Source of the DNA: Raillietiella orientalis
Taxonomy: Eukaryota
Assembly (NCBI GenBank): GCA_036172245.1
Contig: JAYWIR010000020.1
Span: 3,348,001-3,412,000, forward strand
DNA length: 64,000 nucleotides
Reading direction: 5' to 3'
Under the pieces are notes generated by a model. The model searched no databases. It saw only the letters and a program-made list of their open reading frames with translations, and was not told the DNA's origin. Positions 1-12,520 of the stretch are shown piece by piece (the first letter of the stretch is position 1; every line of letters starts with the position of its first letter). A program made the position numbers and the translations under genes.

Positions 1-1839
1 CAACCGTCATTTCGCACCAAAGTTCGGGAAGAATGGGGCACCAAAGAAACGGGAAAACCGTGCGCCTAGACGTTCGGCTGCACCCTACCGCTACGCCTGC
101 GGGAGCAGCAATTTTTCCAAAGTGTAGTATTTGTGACTTCCTAGCATCCCCTTCACGTCTAACAAGCTTTTTCCTTTTTTCTTTTTAGATCATAGGGGCA
201 TCAAACAGCCTAGCACATCGGTCGCCGCTTGGTGAATTACAAGTTCAAGAAAAAAATTTGCTTGAATATTAAATGAATTCTGTGGACACGTGAAAGGCGA
301 AACAAATAAATGCCTATTTTTCGCCCCATTAAGTACCTTAAAGATGAGAGCATATTAATGTTCAGAGATTCCAACTTTCAACGGGGAATGAGGCACATGG
401 CACGGGAAGCAAATGGAACGTATTTCTCGGCGAACACTGTGGAAAATAACAAAGAATATTTGATATTCCTCGTTGTTTAGGGGTGTCCCCACTTTCAAGA
501 AGTAGTTTTTATTGAGGAACATATATCTGACTCATCCGGAAGTTCGGTTCGATTACGGGAGAAATCATATGTTTCTGAATGAGAGTACGCCAGGTTTCTG
601 AGAATCGAAACACAAGAAATGCTTTCTCATGCTGAAAAATTTGAGCCCATAGCTAAAAATCCGTTTGATGCGACCGACAGCTACTATTCCTCTTTCCGAT
701 TTCTGTTTGTATTTCGATACCGTTTACGACCCATAATTCCTCATTGGAGTCAGCTCCGATGCATGAAAAATGTTTCCTATAATACCTTGCTTGTAACTCT
801 AGCTACATTCATTTTCCTTTTTTCTAACTGCTTTAAGAATTCAGCAATTTTTTTTTTTTTGTTCACTGTTTCGGTCAGTACAGGCAAATAAGTTGTATTG
901 GTTGGAATTAAGTTGTAATGATTAAAATGTTCCTATCCGCAACAATAATTATATCATGAGTCACTGGTTTTATTCTTCAAGGTTTTTCAAGTTTTGTGAT
1001 TTCGTGGTCATCGTTCAATCTCTGGTTTTTCCATCTTGGAAAACGAGTGTAGATAGATTTACAACATGTATATAATTATCACATATTCACAAATCTATGC
1101 AGAACAGAAATGCAAGCCTTGAATTTTGAAGTTAGTATGCGGCAAAATTCTCATGGAAAGTCGTTCGGAATTTGTATCCTTCCGGCATTTTTTTCGACCG
1201 TTTTTTTTTTTTTTAATTCGAGTGGAAGGATTATGGAAATAGAATAGATTGCCGTAAGAGACTTACTGATCAAGATTACTTTTTATCTATTAAGCCATTT
1301 CCAGGTATTCCACAGTTAGTTCCCTATCTATGAAATAACCCTGCATTTTCTTCCCTTTTTCAAATTGGATTTTTTTTTGGGGGGGGTAGGGCATTGTGTT
1401 TTTTCTTTAAAAAAAAAAAAATCAAACAAAATTCAGATTCTGTCTTTAGTGAGTTGCCTGACAATTTCAATCAAACTTGGATAATGAATGCATTTTTGCA
1501 AATGTGAACTGCATTAGACTCTGAAACATGTTTGTTGCAATATAGAAGTGCTACTGCCTGCATCTTATCTTTTCTTTTTTTTCCTCGTTCCAGACAATAC
1601 ACACATCAGCACAGTGAGTAAGGTTCCACCATAGCGTTGTCTGCTGGATATGACCGCTGAAGATTCCACGCGCACATTCCATTCAACATAGTCCCTCTCC
1701 TCAGCATATTCGTCTTGTAGGTTCCTACAGGTGTTCTTTCTCCAGAGAAAGTGATAGCATTTTATTGATTTTCGCGATCGAGATCATCCGGCTACTGCCT
1801 CCTTGATGCCATCTGTTTTTGCACACTCCTTGAAAGATT

Positions 1840-2750
1840 TGCAATGGTCAAGGCCAAGGTTCCGGCAGCAAATCCCCTGTCGTACCTCGACGCGCTTCTG
1901 TTACTTCCCTCCCTATTCAGACTTCGAGAAGCCATCCGGCCCCATTTTCGCAGTGACCTAAGCATCGAATCCCCATCCTCAGCCCAACAGCCGTTCCGTG
2001 CGCTGGAGGATCCCCATAAGCAATGAAAGACTCTGAGGGCTCTGGGAAAATCTCCAGTCCTCGCTGTTGAATGCAGCTCCTCTCCTCCCCCCCTCCCCTT
2101 CCTTCTTTCAGAAAGCTTGCTAGGAGGATTCTTGGAACGACCTGTCCTTCCAAATTGGTCGCGAACCGCCCATGTCCGTCTCTTCCTGGCCAATGCAGCC
2201 GCACCCTTGGGATTGGCCACGCCCCCAGGATGCTTCGGACTCCTTCCCGACCTTCTTACTTTCTTATTTCCTCAAACGTATCTGCAGGTGCCAACGGTTC
2301 CGATACCCACAGAGCACAGAGGTTCCGTTCCTTTTTACTCTTCGGAACAGCCAGGGGGCTCAGCGAGGGGGAGGGGGAAGCAGCAGGAAAGAGATCCGGG
2401 AGGACATTTGGGCTCGGTGCATCTGAGGACATCGATAACGAGGTCAGGAGGACTCCTGCCTGAAGGAATCCTCTCGGCGGCAGCTAGTCCCCCAATGAAG
2501 AGGAGACCAAGACGTCGGATCGACTGTGCCCCCGTCCTTCGACCGCACCTGCGGGCTGCGGAGACCACTGGATAGTTGGTTCGCAGCGGTGCTCATTCGG
2601 AAGGCAGTACACTGCAGACTCCCAAGTCCACCACGGCAGGTTGATCTACGCTCTGCTTGCGGACGACCTAGTCCACGAACGACCCTTCCTCGCCCGGGAG
2701 TTTCCCGGGAGAGGAAGGGTGTCTGCTGTCTCCAGCTCCCCACCACTCTC
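1840..2750 (+). mobile_element. Degenerate ORF1-like (RRM + knuckle) segment followed by a zf-RVT-like remnant
   Basis: RPHFRSDLSI, GFLERPVLPNWSRTAHVRLFL...PPGCFGLLP, GGHLG. Then gactgtgcccccgtcc near 2520 resembles the VDCAALRSLW region. Confidence 0.5.
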
Positions 2751-3199
2751 CCTGTAGGGGTGAATGCCCGACGACGAGGACCAGGTAAGGGAGGTTCGTT
2801 CCTCAGGGTACGCGGAGGTCCCTGTCGCCGGGGATCGGGAGGGTATTCGTCTTGCCGCTGCCGACGGCGGAGGTCGCGCAGTTTTCCGCTGCTCGGACGT
2901 GCGCCAAGAACTCTGGGGTGGAGCAGGAGGGAGCGAGGTCACCCTCGGTGCTGGATCCGTGGACTGTGTCTTCGGCGCTGGGAATGGCACGATGCCACGA
3001 GACTTGGAGGCTGCGCTGCCGCAAACCGAGGCGACAGGAAGCACCTCTTTGGATGCTCGCAGCTTCTTCAGCACCCCGTCCTGGCGAGAGCGAAACATTG
3101 GCGGGGGGAGGGGACGCTCGCGTCCCCTACGAGCGCCCCCACGCTCTTCCGCGGATACCCGTCCACACCTCTGAGGATTTCTTGATTGCCCCCCGATGA

Positions 3200-3560
3200 G
3201 TCCGCTGGAATGTTCCAGTGAACGCATCACGGAGGGTGCGCTCTGGTGGACGCCTTCAAGTTCCGGTTGCCCTGGGCAAAGGAAGGCAAGGAGGTTGCTA
3301 GAAAAATCTTCACGTCCACGTGCCCTTTTCAGATTCGCGAAAATGTTGGCCGTGCTTCGACCGCGTCTGCACGGAGGAAGAAATTCCTCTGGCCGTATCC
3401 GGCAGGTCACTCGATGCGTGGCTCAGGGTTTCGTCCATTTGCACGGAAAAGGAGTAGAGGGCTACTCCTTTCCTTGCCAACTGGGGCTCCCGCTCGCCAT
3501 GGTGATTCGCCCTCTCCGCACAAACCCCCATCCGTGCGCTTGCCGATCGGCGATAGGGAG
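3200..3560 (+). mobile_element. Second tandem ORF1-like remnant
   Basis: RKIFTST motif (compare LFTST at about 22790 minus). ccatccgtgcgcttgccgatc matches ccgttccgtgcgctggaggatc at about 1991. Confidence 0.4.
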
Positions 3561-3599
3561 ATGAGGCGCCCGGATGCTGCGCACCTCAGCGGCTACCGG

Positions 3600-4500
3600 A
3601 GCACGCGAAACCAGAACTCTCCCCCCCCCCCCCGCAGCCATCTTGGCTCGGCTGCGGGGAGAAATCCGGGTCATGAAGAGAATTCACACCCATTTCGTGA
3701 AAATAGGGGACTAGAATTGAAGATTTTTTTTTTTTTTTCCTGAACCTGGCCGAGAAGCAGGGATGCCTCCGCGAGATAAGGGTGCACCCTCCCTGCGGAC
3801 TCCTAGCAAACACGTTTAACTCCCTGTGACCCGTTCTTCAAGGACGCCACGGCGGCCAGTGAGCCAGCGAGAGAAGCTGCAACGACCGCGCCATGCCAGA
3901 GGATCGTCCGCTTCCGCGGTAGGGGGAGAAACGCGTCCGGGAGCGCGCGAGGGGGATGGCGCGACCCGAAGCGACCTGAAGAACTTTCGGGGGCACCTGA
4001 CACCAGTGTCGCCCGGTTGGCGCTCCTGAACCCACAGGAAAGGAGGGCTCTAGGACGAGGAAGGGCACGGGAAATCGCAACCCAGCCCACACGTTTTCTC
4101 CTCGGAAGCGATCCGGACGGGCCGGAGACCACGAAAGAGGAGTCAGCGAGGAGGGTAGTCTCCGGGATTCTCGGAGGCGCGTCTGCCAGCGGAGAACGAC
4201 GCGCCGCCCGGAGGGCGCGCGACGTGGAGGTCCTCACCGGACCCACTCCGGAACAGATTCCCCCTGAGCGAACCCGTCTTCTCAAAGAGAGTCCTCGGGA
4301 CGCGCAGCGCTGATTGATACACCGGAAGCTGGGAAGTCTGAAGCACTCGCTTGGCCGCTCCGGAAGCCGGTACTTGCCTGCTTCGGTGGTGGGGTCCATG
4401 TGGACACCCCGATTCGCGTGTCTTCTCGTCCCTGGGAGCAGCTTTCCAGGAGAAGCAGCGTGCGAAACGCTCCTTCGGACGAGACTGAAATGGAACAGCA
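3600..4500 (-). mobile_element. ORF1-like remnant
   Basis: LVSGAPESS motif. The plus-strand cagggatgcctccgcg at about 3760 is shared with about 7978. Confidence 0.35.
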
Positions 4501-5339
4501 GAGAACCCCGTATAGCGCGTCGAATTCGCGTTATGCGAGCCCTGTGAGTTACACATGGATAATACGATTGTATTTATAAAAGATACAAATCAAAGGTATC
4601 TGGAACGCTATATAACAGCACACTGTTCATTATTTCACACTGAAAGAAAAAAATGAAAATGTGTGTACCTGGCCCCCAACTTAAAGTAATCAATAAAAAA
4701 AAAAAAAAGGGTTTAAAGGTTTCGTCATGTTCAATCAATCGAAGCAGTTTCACAGTTTCAATTCCATCGTTCTCGTTGCAGAAAAATGTATCTTCTTGCG
4801 CTTTCTTTCATTTCCACGAAAACTTCAGCAGTCAGAGATGCCACTTTCCGACTCGTTTTTTGGTTTCTAAAACACGCGAGTTACTCAGTCTTGCAGTTTT
4901 GTCTTAGAATGCACAAAGAGCTGCATCGAAAGATGCCATCATTACTGGCAAAATGAGCTTCGAGCTTTGAGGCCAGTTCGAAATCTTCACTTGAAATCTG
5001 TAACGAGCTTTCTCCGCCGTTGCTCGGCAAAAGCCTTGCATAACGTGAAAATAGCAAAGAAAAAAAATTCAACCTACTTCGATAATGTGTTTGTGTTTTT
5101 CTTTCGGGAACAACTGGGCTGACACTACCGCAAAATTGAAGTCTATCTGGGTGCAGTCGCGCGGGACCGTTCCGCCGGCGCGCGAGGCGAGGGGGCGCCG
5201 CCATTTTCCACCGTCGCGTCACCGCGCGCGAAAGGGCGCGCGCGCTAGTCCTCACCCGGACCTTCGCTTCCCCCCACCCCACCCCACTCGTCCGCCAGGG
5301 AGATAAGCATCCAAGGTCCTAGGAACCAAGGAACCGCAT

Positions 5340-6650
5340 CCAAGGAACGCGTTTGTGGCCCCCATCCTTCGCCCCCTACTTTTTGTTTGCCCCGTCCCCA
5401 TGGAAATAAAAAAGAGGACAAAGGACCTCCTGCGCATCGCCCTTTGGGGCAAGGGGAGACCCCGAGTCCCTTTGATGGACTTGTGCGCTCCGCGTCGAGA
5501 TGGTGGTCTAGGCCTCCTGACGCTGGAGCGCATGGAAATTCAGCTGCGATGGCGAACCTTGGCCATCGCAGCGATGTTTTGGAGCACCCCTTGGTGTGTT
5601 CCGGCCCGCCTCCTCGCCAGACGTGCATCCGGAACGGGAGGACTTGCATCTCATCTTTTATGTCGTGGAAGGAAGATAAGAAGATGCGGCCTTCTCCTCG
5701 GACGAATAGCCACCCTGGCGAAGCAGAATGAGTGGATGATCTGCAGCCCCGTCAACTCCAGCGCATGGCTGGAAGAAACAGTTGGCACGTGGGCGGTTGT
5801 GAATCAAAGGAGCCACGAGAGGTGGAATAGTCTGCGACGCGGCCGATACGCCCGCTGCACTCTTTGCGAGATCCTGGAGTGTCCAGCCAGGAGCACGTGG
5901 CCAGAGACGACCTGCCTAGCAACGGTGCTGCCCTTCCTACGGAGGGCCCTCGTCAGCAGCCGGACGCCGAGGTGGCAAGTCTCTTGCCGTATCGCAGGCA
6001 GAGAAAAGTTGATGAGCTGTTGGACAATGGGACAGCTGGCGGACGCCACAACCCAGAGCGTCCTTCCGCAAGGACCAAAAAAATGGGACGAGCTGCTCGG
6101 CATCACGACGGATGACCTGAAGTGGCCCCTAGTGATAACCGGAACAAGGATCCTTCCCCTAAAATGGCAGGAGTCGGCGCTTATGCTGTTGCACTGGGGA
6201 CTCCCCTGCAATGCACGCCGCCATCACTGGACACTGGGAAGTGTGAATCCAAACTGTGCCAGGTGTGGGGAGCGGGAATCCCTTCCGCACCTTTCAGTTG
6301 ACCGTGTTGCCCTCCGGAGCCTTTGGGAACGTTTCGGTTGCACCTTAGGGATCCTGGAAGGTAGCCCTCCCAGAGACGTTTTTCGGCTCCTCTTCGTACG
6401 GGACGCCCTGCAGCCAGCCGCTGTCGCAGCAGCTCTCAGCTGCTGCGACACGGTATTGTGGCAGCTTGGAGTGGATCCGACGAAGCAGAAGATGTTAACG
6501 GAAGGGATGTCATGGAGTATGCAGCTCGCTTTCTGCGAATAGCAGCCCGATGGCCCCACCTGGGAAACCTGCACAAGGACCTCGTCGGCATCCTGCAAAG
6601 GATGGAAGCTCCAAGCAACGGACAGTGATCCCTTTCCGCCCCTCCAAAGA
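5340..6650 (+). mobile_element. L1/Tx1-like non-LTR retrotransposon ORF2 C-terminal part (post-RT region + zf-RVT-like domain), 5'-truncated
   Basis: ORF 5355..6542 contains LCAPRRDGGLGL (the L1/Tx1 post-RT PxxxGGLG motif) and NPNCARCGERESLPHL...LRSLW (CxxC...ExxxHL zinc-binding motif). Confidence 0.85.
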
Positions 6651-6841
6651 ACAATGGTTTTTTGCTTTAATTTGTCTTTATTTTTATTTTTGTTTTTTCC
6701 CCAACCCCATCCGCTGACGTGGAGTGTCAAGTCGGTCTGCGCACCGACCACCCGACAGCTCCATAGACTTATTGGCTGCAGCGGGGCCTTGTACCGCAAA
6801 TACTGAAAGTTTTTAAATAAACGCCCCGGCTTGACCGGGTG
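6650..6841 (+). repeat. Tx1-like 3' region, copy 1
   Basis: T-rich tract, gtcggtctgcg, then AATAAA 6816-6821 + cgccccggcttgaccgggtg. Confidence 0.7.
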
Positions 6842-7599
6842 AAAACATCCAAGGTCCTCCTCGCTTACGTCGGCGGCGACCCGCGCGCGCTCCCTGTGCC
6901 GACGGGAACGAGCAGCTCCTCCCAGAGTCAGCGGTCCCGATCCGCGGCGCCCGACGGCGGGAATTTTCAAACGGGAAGCGCCTTCCCGCGCCGGGATGCC
7001 GAAAAGCACGCGTCGGACATTTTTTTTTTCGGGGATCCCAGCAGTCGTGCACGACGGGAATCCGAATCCGTGTTCCTTCCCTGCCGGCGCTTCCTGCTTG
7101 AAACGCGCCCGTTTGCACCGGAACGATGACGGAACGGCGGTGCTCCTAGGCATCAGGGTTTCGTGTTTACGGTGCACGTCCGAAAAAGGGGTCCGACGCG
7201 GGGTACTTCTCGGCGCCGGCACTCCGCACGTGAAGTACTTGCTCACAACGGGAGCTGGATGGGGTTCGGAACACCTCGGGCCGGCAAGAGTTCCTCCCGC
7301 CGCCGCCGCGGACGCTTCCGTCGTCCGCCTTCGGGGTACTCGTTCGCCGGTCGGATTCGTAGAGCGAAAGGACCCCGGATCGAAAGGACCTCCCTTCTTC
7401 GGGAATTCAGGCGAGCATCACAGTGTCGTATCGCACGTGCTTTCTCACGACGGCATTCTGTGCTCGTTCGCGCCGGGATAGCGGATGCTCGCTTTCTCCA
7501 GGTTTCTTTTTTTTGTCCGGGCTTCCGGCTTTCTCGCTCCGCGGGCGATTCCGAGTACCGGCGGGAAGCGGAGAGCGTAGGCGGAATTGAATCTCTCCC

Positions 7600-8300
7600 T
7601 CCGTTCATGGGAGGCGTCGCTTTCCGTCGATCTTCCGCGTGCCGGCGCAGCGCCTGCGGGAAGGAAAGGAAGGACCGAAAGTGGCAGAATTCGCCCTGCC
7701 GCCCCTGTGCGCCGAGCGCGATCTCCCCTGTGCCCGCGAGATACACGGGACATGACCACGCCGACCCGGGGTCTGGACTCTCCCGGTCGGGCACAGGCGC
7801 TCCCGAGCGGCTGGAAGCCACCACCCCTTCCGAGAAGAGAAAGGCTACCGACTTTTCCTCCGCTTCCGTCTGCGCCGCTCGGTTCAACCCGCCTAAGGAC
7901 GTCCGAAGGGCCGATGCGATCATCGCGGTCTGAACACGCAGCTGAAACCGGAAACTGCGCTCTCGGGCCCCGGCGCCAGGGATGCCTCCGCGGAAACTCA
8001 GCCTCGGATCAAAGTCCGCTGTCGGTGCGCGTCCGGAGCAGAGGGCACGGAATCGCCCGAAGGCAAGGCCGGAAGCGCCTGACTGCACCCCGAGTTTTCG
8101 GGGGCAGCGGATGACCGCAAGAGCGAAAGGGGACCCACTCCCGGACCTCGACGTGGAGGGATCTCCAGGCGCGCCGAACAGCAGCAGCTTTGGTAAGGTG
8201 CCGCATCCCTCAAGCAGGAACCTAACGGGAGGCTTCGCTGCGCCTCCGACCAGCAGTCTCAATGTCAGACCGGCGAGGGCTCGCGCGTCGACGGCGGAGT
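7600..8300 (-). mobile_element. ORF1-like remnant
   Basis: LLLFGAPG and PRLSFRGGIP motifs shared with other copies. Confidence 0.35.
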
Positions 8301-9921
8301 GGGTGGGATGCGAGCGTCCAGCGAGGAGCGGGCTCGGAAATCGACATCGTCAGGAGCTGCGTGCCCGTCCCCCGATTCGTGCCGGTCCGGGCTCGGGGGA
8401 ACGCGATCTCGCTCTCGCGAGAAGAGGTCGGAGGACGGCGAGGAGATCGGCGCGTCCTTTCCCGACGACGGTTCGCCGCGTCTCGGTTTCCAAGGCAGCG
8501 TGCGCGCCGCTTCCCACAATGGCCTCAAGCGTGTTTTGAGCGATGACTTTGGCGGACGAAAGTGAAAACGATGTTTTTTCCTTTTTTTGTTCCTTTATCG
8601 ACGATCCTTTTTTCTGCCTCCCCGCTTCCGTTCGGAGCGGTTGCTGCGTTCTTGCACGTTGCGGGACCGCGCGTAACAAATGGTTCCTCCGAGCCGTCGT
8701 TCCCGTTGCAGCCGGCGCTCTGCCTGTCGTTCGTGGCGGTCCTTCGCACTATTTCACCTCCATCCCTGGGGTGTGTGGGAACCATACGCATCCTTTCTTA
8801 ATCTGGCTTGTGCCCGAAAGGAAAATCGAAAGAAAAAGAAAAGAAAAGAGAGGAAAAGGAATGCGTGCGCGCAGTGAGGAATCGTCCCTGATGCGCGCGC
8901 CCGATTAAGCTGAGAAGCAAAGAGTTTGACCCCGAACAAATGAAAGCCGTGATCGAGTTCCTCCATAAATAGGGTGAGGTAATCGATGAGAGAAGCAGAG
9001 CAACCTAGCAACTTAAATGCTACAGAAAGGCCATAAAACGAAAACAATTCGCTGCTAAAAGTAATTTGTAACTATAAGCAGCATTCGCAGCGTGCCACTT
9101 ATCCGATTTCCTTATCTGATCCTTGCTGCAGGGAAACGGTGCCAACTTGCTTAATGGGGCAGATATTACATTTTTGTGCATCCTTTATCTTGAGAGATGA
9201 AACAAAGGGTAGAAAGGCGTATCTGAAACATCTCTAATTTTAAAGGAGAAGAGGAAAAGAAAAAAAAAAAACTTACTTTGGTGCGCACAAAGGCGTCGCG
9301 ACGGAAATGCGGTGACGTGAATCGAGGGTTCAGTCAGCTGGCTCAACACACGGAGCACCGGAGAGCAGAGGACCAGCAGAAAAAGACGAGAGAGGATCAC
9401 CCAGTGCTGGCGGAACCCCCATGCCCATGAGGCCCCCCTCAAAAGGAGGCGGGGGAGTACACCCGAGTACGTGCCCGGGCCAAGAGTCCGTCGTCGGATG
9501 CAAACAACTGCAGTGCATCGAAAGATGGTCCTTTGAGGCTGATGCTGCACGGATGTCTTTCGGCTGCGCGGTGCTCACCGATAAATCTGCCTCGTGACGT
9601 TTCTTCTGCCTTCCGGTTGCGCAAAAGAACTTCCCGCGATTGAGAAAAAGAGCCCAATAAAATTTTCCGGCATTGTGGCCCGCCTAAAAATAGACACGCG
9701 TCTAGATGTCACTCCTTTTGCAGAAGACTTCCGTGGGGCTTTCCGTGCACGCACACGCGCACACGTGCATGCGGCTCCGCGCAAGGTGTTCGACAGGCAC
9801 ACCATGTTTCTCACCGGCTCGAGATGACGCGTGTTTTTCGACTCTGGAAAGGGGGAGGGGGAGGGGATTGGAGTGGATGCGACGACGTATCCGGGAAGAT
9901 AATGAACCACCTCGACGAGCG

Positions 9922-9950
9922 TTTCTTCTTCTTCTTCTTCTTCTTCTTGT
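9922..9950. repeat. (TTC)n microsatellite
   Basis: Directly visible. Confidence 0.9.
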
Positions 9951-10849
9951 TCTTTTCTCTTCTTCTTTCCTTCCTCTCTTTTTCTTTTTCTTTTTTACGA
10001 AGATCACACGCAACGACAACACCGTCGAGAGATGCTCGAGCGCTGAACACGAAGATTGAACATCGGTGTGAATTTCCGGTGCCACGGTTCGCGGAACACC
10101 TCGACGCACGTGTCATCCCGAATCACACTTCGCCGCAAATCATGTATAATGAATTCATCCCTGTAATAAAATGTCAGCGAAAGCGACGTTTCTGGCAAAA
10201 ACGGTGGATTCGGGCTGCGATTTTGATCTCGAGACAGGTGATAGTGCGGATATGAGATTTTCATCCCGCTGCTAATTTGCGCTTTGATTTGTTGTGAAGC
10301 TGTGCTTCGCGTTGCGGCATTAGAGAGTGGATCAAATGGTAGACTGGGAAGGGGGAGGGGGAGGAATCTAGGCAGTAGAACAACCCCGACGAACGAGCAG
10401 CTCCGGGAACCAGTAAGGAAGTAAACCCATTAATCAAACACATTAGCGAGAGACAGGAAGAAATACTACTTCATTTGCGGGATACCCCGAGCGTGAAGAG
10501 TCCACGTGTAAGTGCATATGCGTACGTGCGATGATGCTGCGCTCGGCTCCGCCAGCTGAGTGCCCTGTGCGCATCTCACGGCGCTCAAGGAGGCGCTCTC
10601 TCGGTCCGGACACGGCGCGCGGACCAGTTCCGGGGGGATAGGGAGGAGGTAGGCAGCCGAGGGATCGCGGACGCGCGCACTCTTCCGGAGGGAGGCCCGA
10701 CCAAGGGAAGGGACTCGCCTGTTTTTTTTTTTTTTCTTTTCAGAGTGATGTGTTTCCGCCTGTTCGTTTCCCACCCGAGCGCGGATTCCTGATTGGCCGA
10801 CGCACGCGTGTGCATGAGCTCGTGGAGCCTGGTGGCCCCACCGCTCGCG

Positions 10850-11866
10850 CACCCGCCAGAACCGGAAAGAACGGCGCTCAGGAGGGAGGGAGAGAGAGAG
10901 AGAGCGCTGGAGGAGTGGCTCTTGGATCCCCGAGGTCTTCCCGGAGAGGGACCCGGCGGTTTCGTGAGTCCCCCGAACCCACATCCATTCCCGGGGTGCA
11001 GCTTCGAGCGATCCACCCACCGTCTTCCTCCCATGCCTCCGGCCGCTCGCTCGCGCTCTCGTCGCAGAGCCCCCCCCAGGCGCCTGGAATCCGCGGACGT
11101 TCGCGTGAGCGAGGTCGGACCCTCTTCCCTCCTCGCCTCCCGCCTACCCATTGACTTCCGCCCGTCTCGAGTGGAAGACCGCGCGATAGGACCGCTTCCC
11201 GAACGGACCGCCTGCGCATCTCGTCTCTCCACGACCAGGCGCGCTTCCTGTCGAAGGGGCCGCCTCGGGATCGGACGATCAACGACGGGAGGAAGGGAGT
11301 GCGAACATCCCCTGCGGGTTTGCCTCTTCCACCTACGTCCGGACGTAGGCGAGCGACCCTCCTCCCCCGGTGGTCGGAGCGGTCTCTGGAGTCTCAGGTT
11401 CGATCGAAGGCAGCGTCCGCGAGTGTCCAGGAGCACGTCCTGACCACGTGCCCAGCCTCTGCTTCCCTTATCCGTACGCAAGTCGCCCCCAGGGACGGAG
11501 CGGGAGGAAGCGCAGAGAGGGCAAACCACGCGCTCGCTCCGGCGACTGTGGCGCCGGCGTCCCAGCGAAGGCCGCGCGCAGGAGACGACGCGAGCTCCTG
11601 ACGACGCGGTCGTCAGGCGCGCGCGCGTCCGTCCCGGCCTCGAAGCTCGCGAGAGCACGCTTCGTTCCACCCCCGGGAGACGGCCATCTGCGTGCATCCC
11701 GGAGGAAGGCAACCCCGCAAACGCACGCCGCGCCACCGTGCCCGGGGAATCCGGTAGCTCCAGCCGGCTGTCGCGGAGCGGGCGAATTTTCGCGGGCATC
11801 TGCTGGAAAGGACAGCTCGCGTGGGCGTGCACATACAGACAGGCAGAGAGACGCGTGCTCGATTCC
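10850..11866 (-). mobile_element. ORF1-like remnant with knuckle, followed by another zf-RVT-like remnant
   Basis: RPLRDSRLEL, GVERSVLS, knuckle-like CVRIREAEAGHVVRTC at 11433-11480. ggatgtggg...ccgggtccctctccggga at about 10935-10990 resembles the CGERES/LRSLWE region. Confidence 0.5.
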
Positions 11867-12020
11867 CACCCGAGTGCGCCGGGGCGTTTATTCCAAAAAC
11901 AAACATATGACGAGAACGGTGGGCCAAACACGCACAATTTAATGGAGACCTGTCGGATCGCAGACCGGCCCAGTCCACCACGGCAGCAGAGGAGAGGGGA
12001 CAAACAAACAAAAAAATAAA
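11867..12020 (-). repeat. Tx1-like 3' region, copy 2
   Basis: Minus strand reads T-rich tract, ctctgctgccgtggtggac, gccggtctgcg, then aataaacgccccggcgcactcgggtg. Confidence 0.75.
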
Positions 12021-12520
12021 TACACTTTGGGAGGTACGGGAAGGGTGGTAGTCCTGTCCATCCTCTGTAGGATGTCGGCAAGGTCTTGCTGCATGTTGTT
12101 TTCCAGGTTGGGCCATCGCGTTGCTATCCTGTTGAATTGGATGGTGAAGTGGATGGCATCCCTATCGCTGGGTCCTCCCGTTGCTTTGCTTCAAGCAGCG
12201 ACGATCCCGCGTAGGCAGCACAGGTCTGCCAGGGAGGCCTCTGGCCGAAAGGCATCGCGGGCGAAGAGAGGTTTGAAAGCGTCCTTGGAGTTGCCTCCGG
12301 GGGTCCCCAAGGCCGCGGCAAAGCGTTCCCAGAGGGACCGGAGGGCAGCACAGTCCACTAACAGGTGGGGGAGGGATTCACGCTCCCCGCACCTGATACA
12401 GTTGGGTGGGCTACACACCACCGCGTCCGGTGATGACGGCGGACGTTGCACGAGAGGGCTCCAGTGGAGCACCAACAGCTCCAACTCCTGCCACTTCAAA
12501 GGGAGGGCGCAGAAGTGTGC
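12020..12520 (-). mobile_element. Tx1-like ORF2 C-terminal remnant
   Basis: LPLKWQELELLVLHW...PNCIRCGERESLPHLLVDCAALRSLWERF, clearly homologous to the 5355..6542 protein. Confidence 0.85.

Noticed and set aside
1594..1613. Possible micro-exon (pyrimidine tract-CAG ... GTGAGT)
   Set aside because: Only 20 nt, with no partner exon or homology recognised.
10585..12081. 498-aa ORF as an intact gene
   Set aside because: It wanders through the TE 3' region. Family motifs lie in different frames, so it is a decayed relic.
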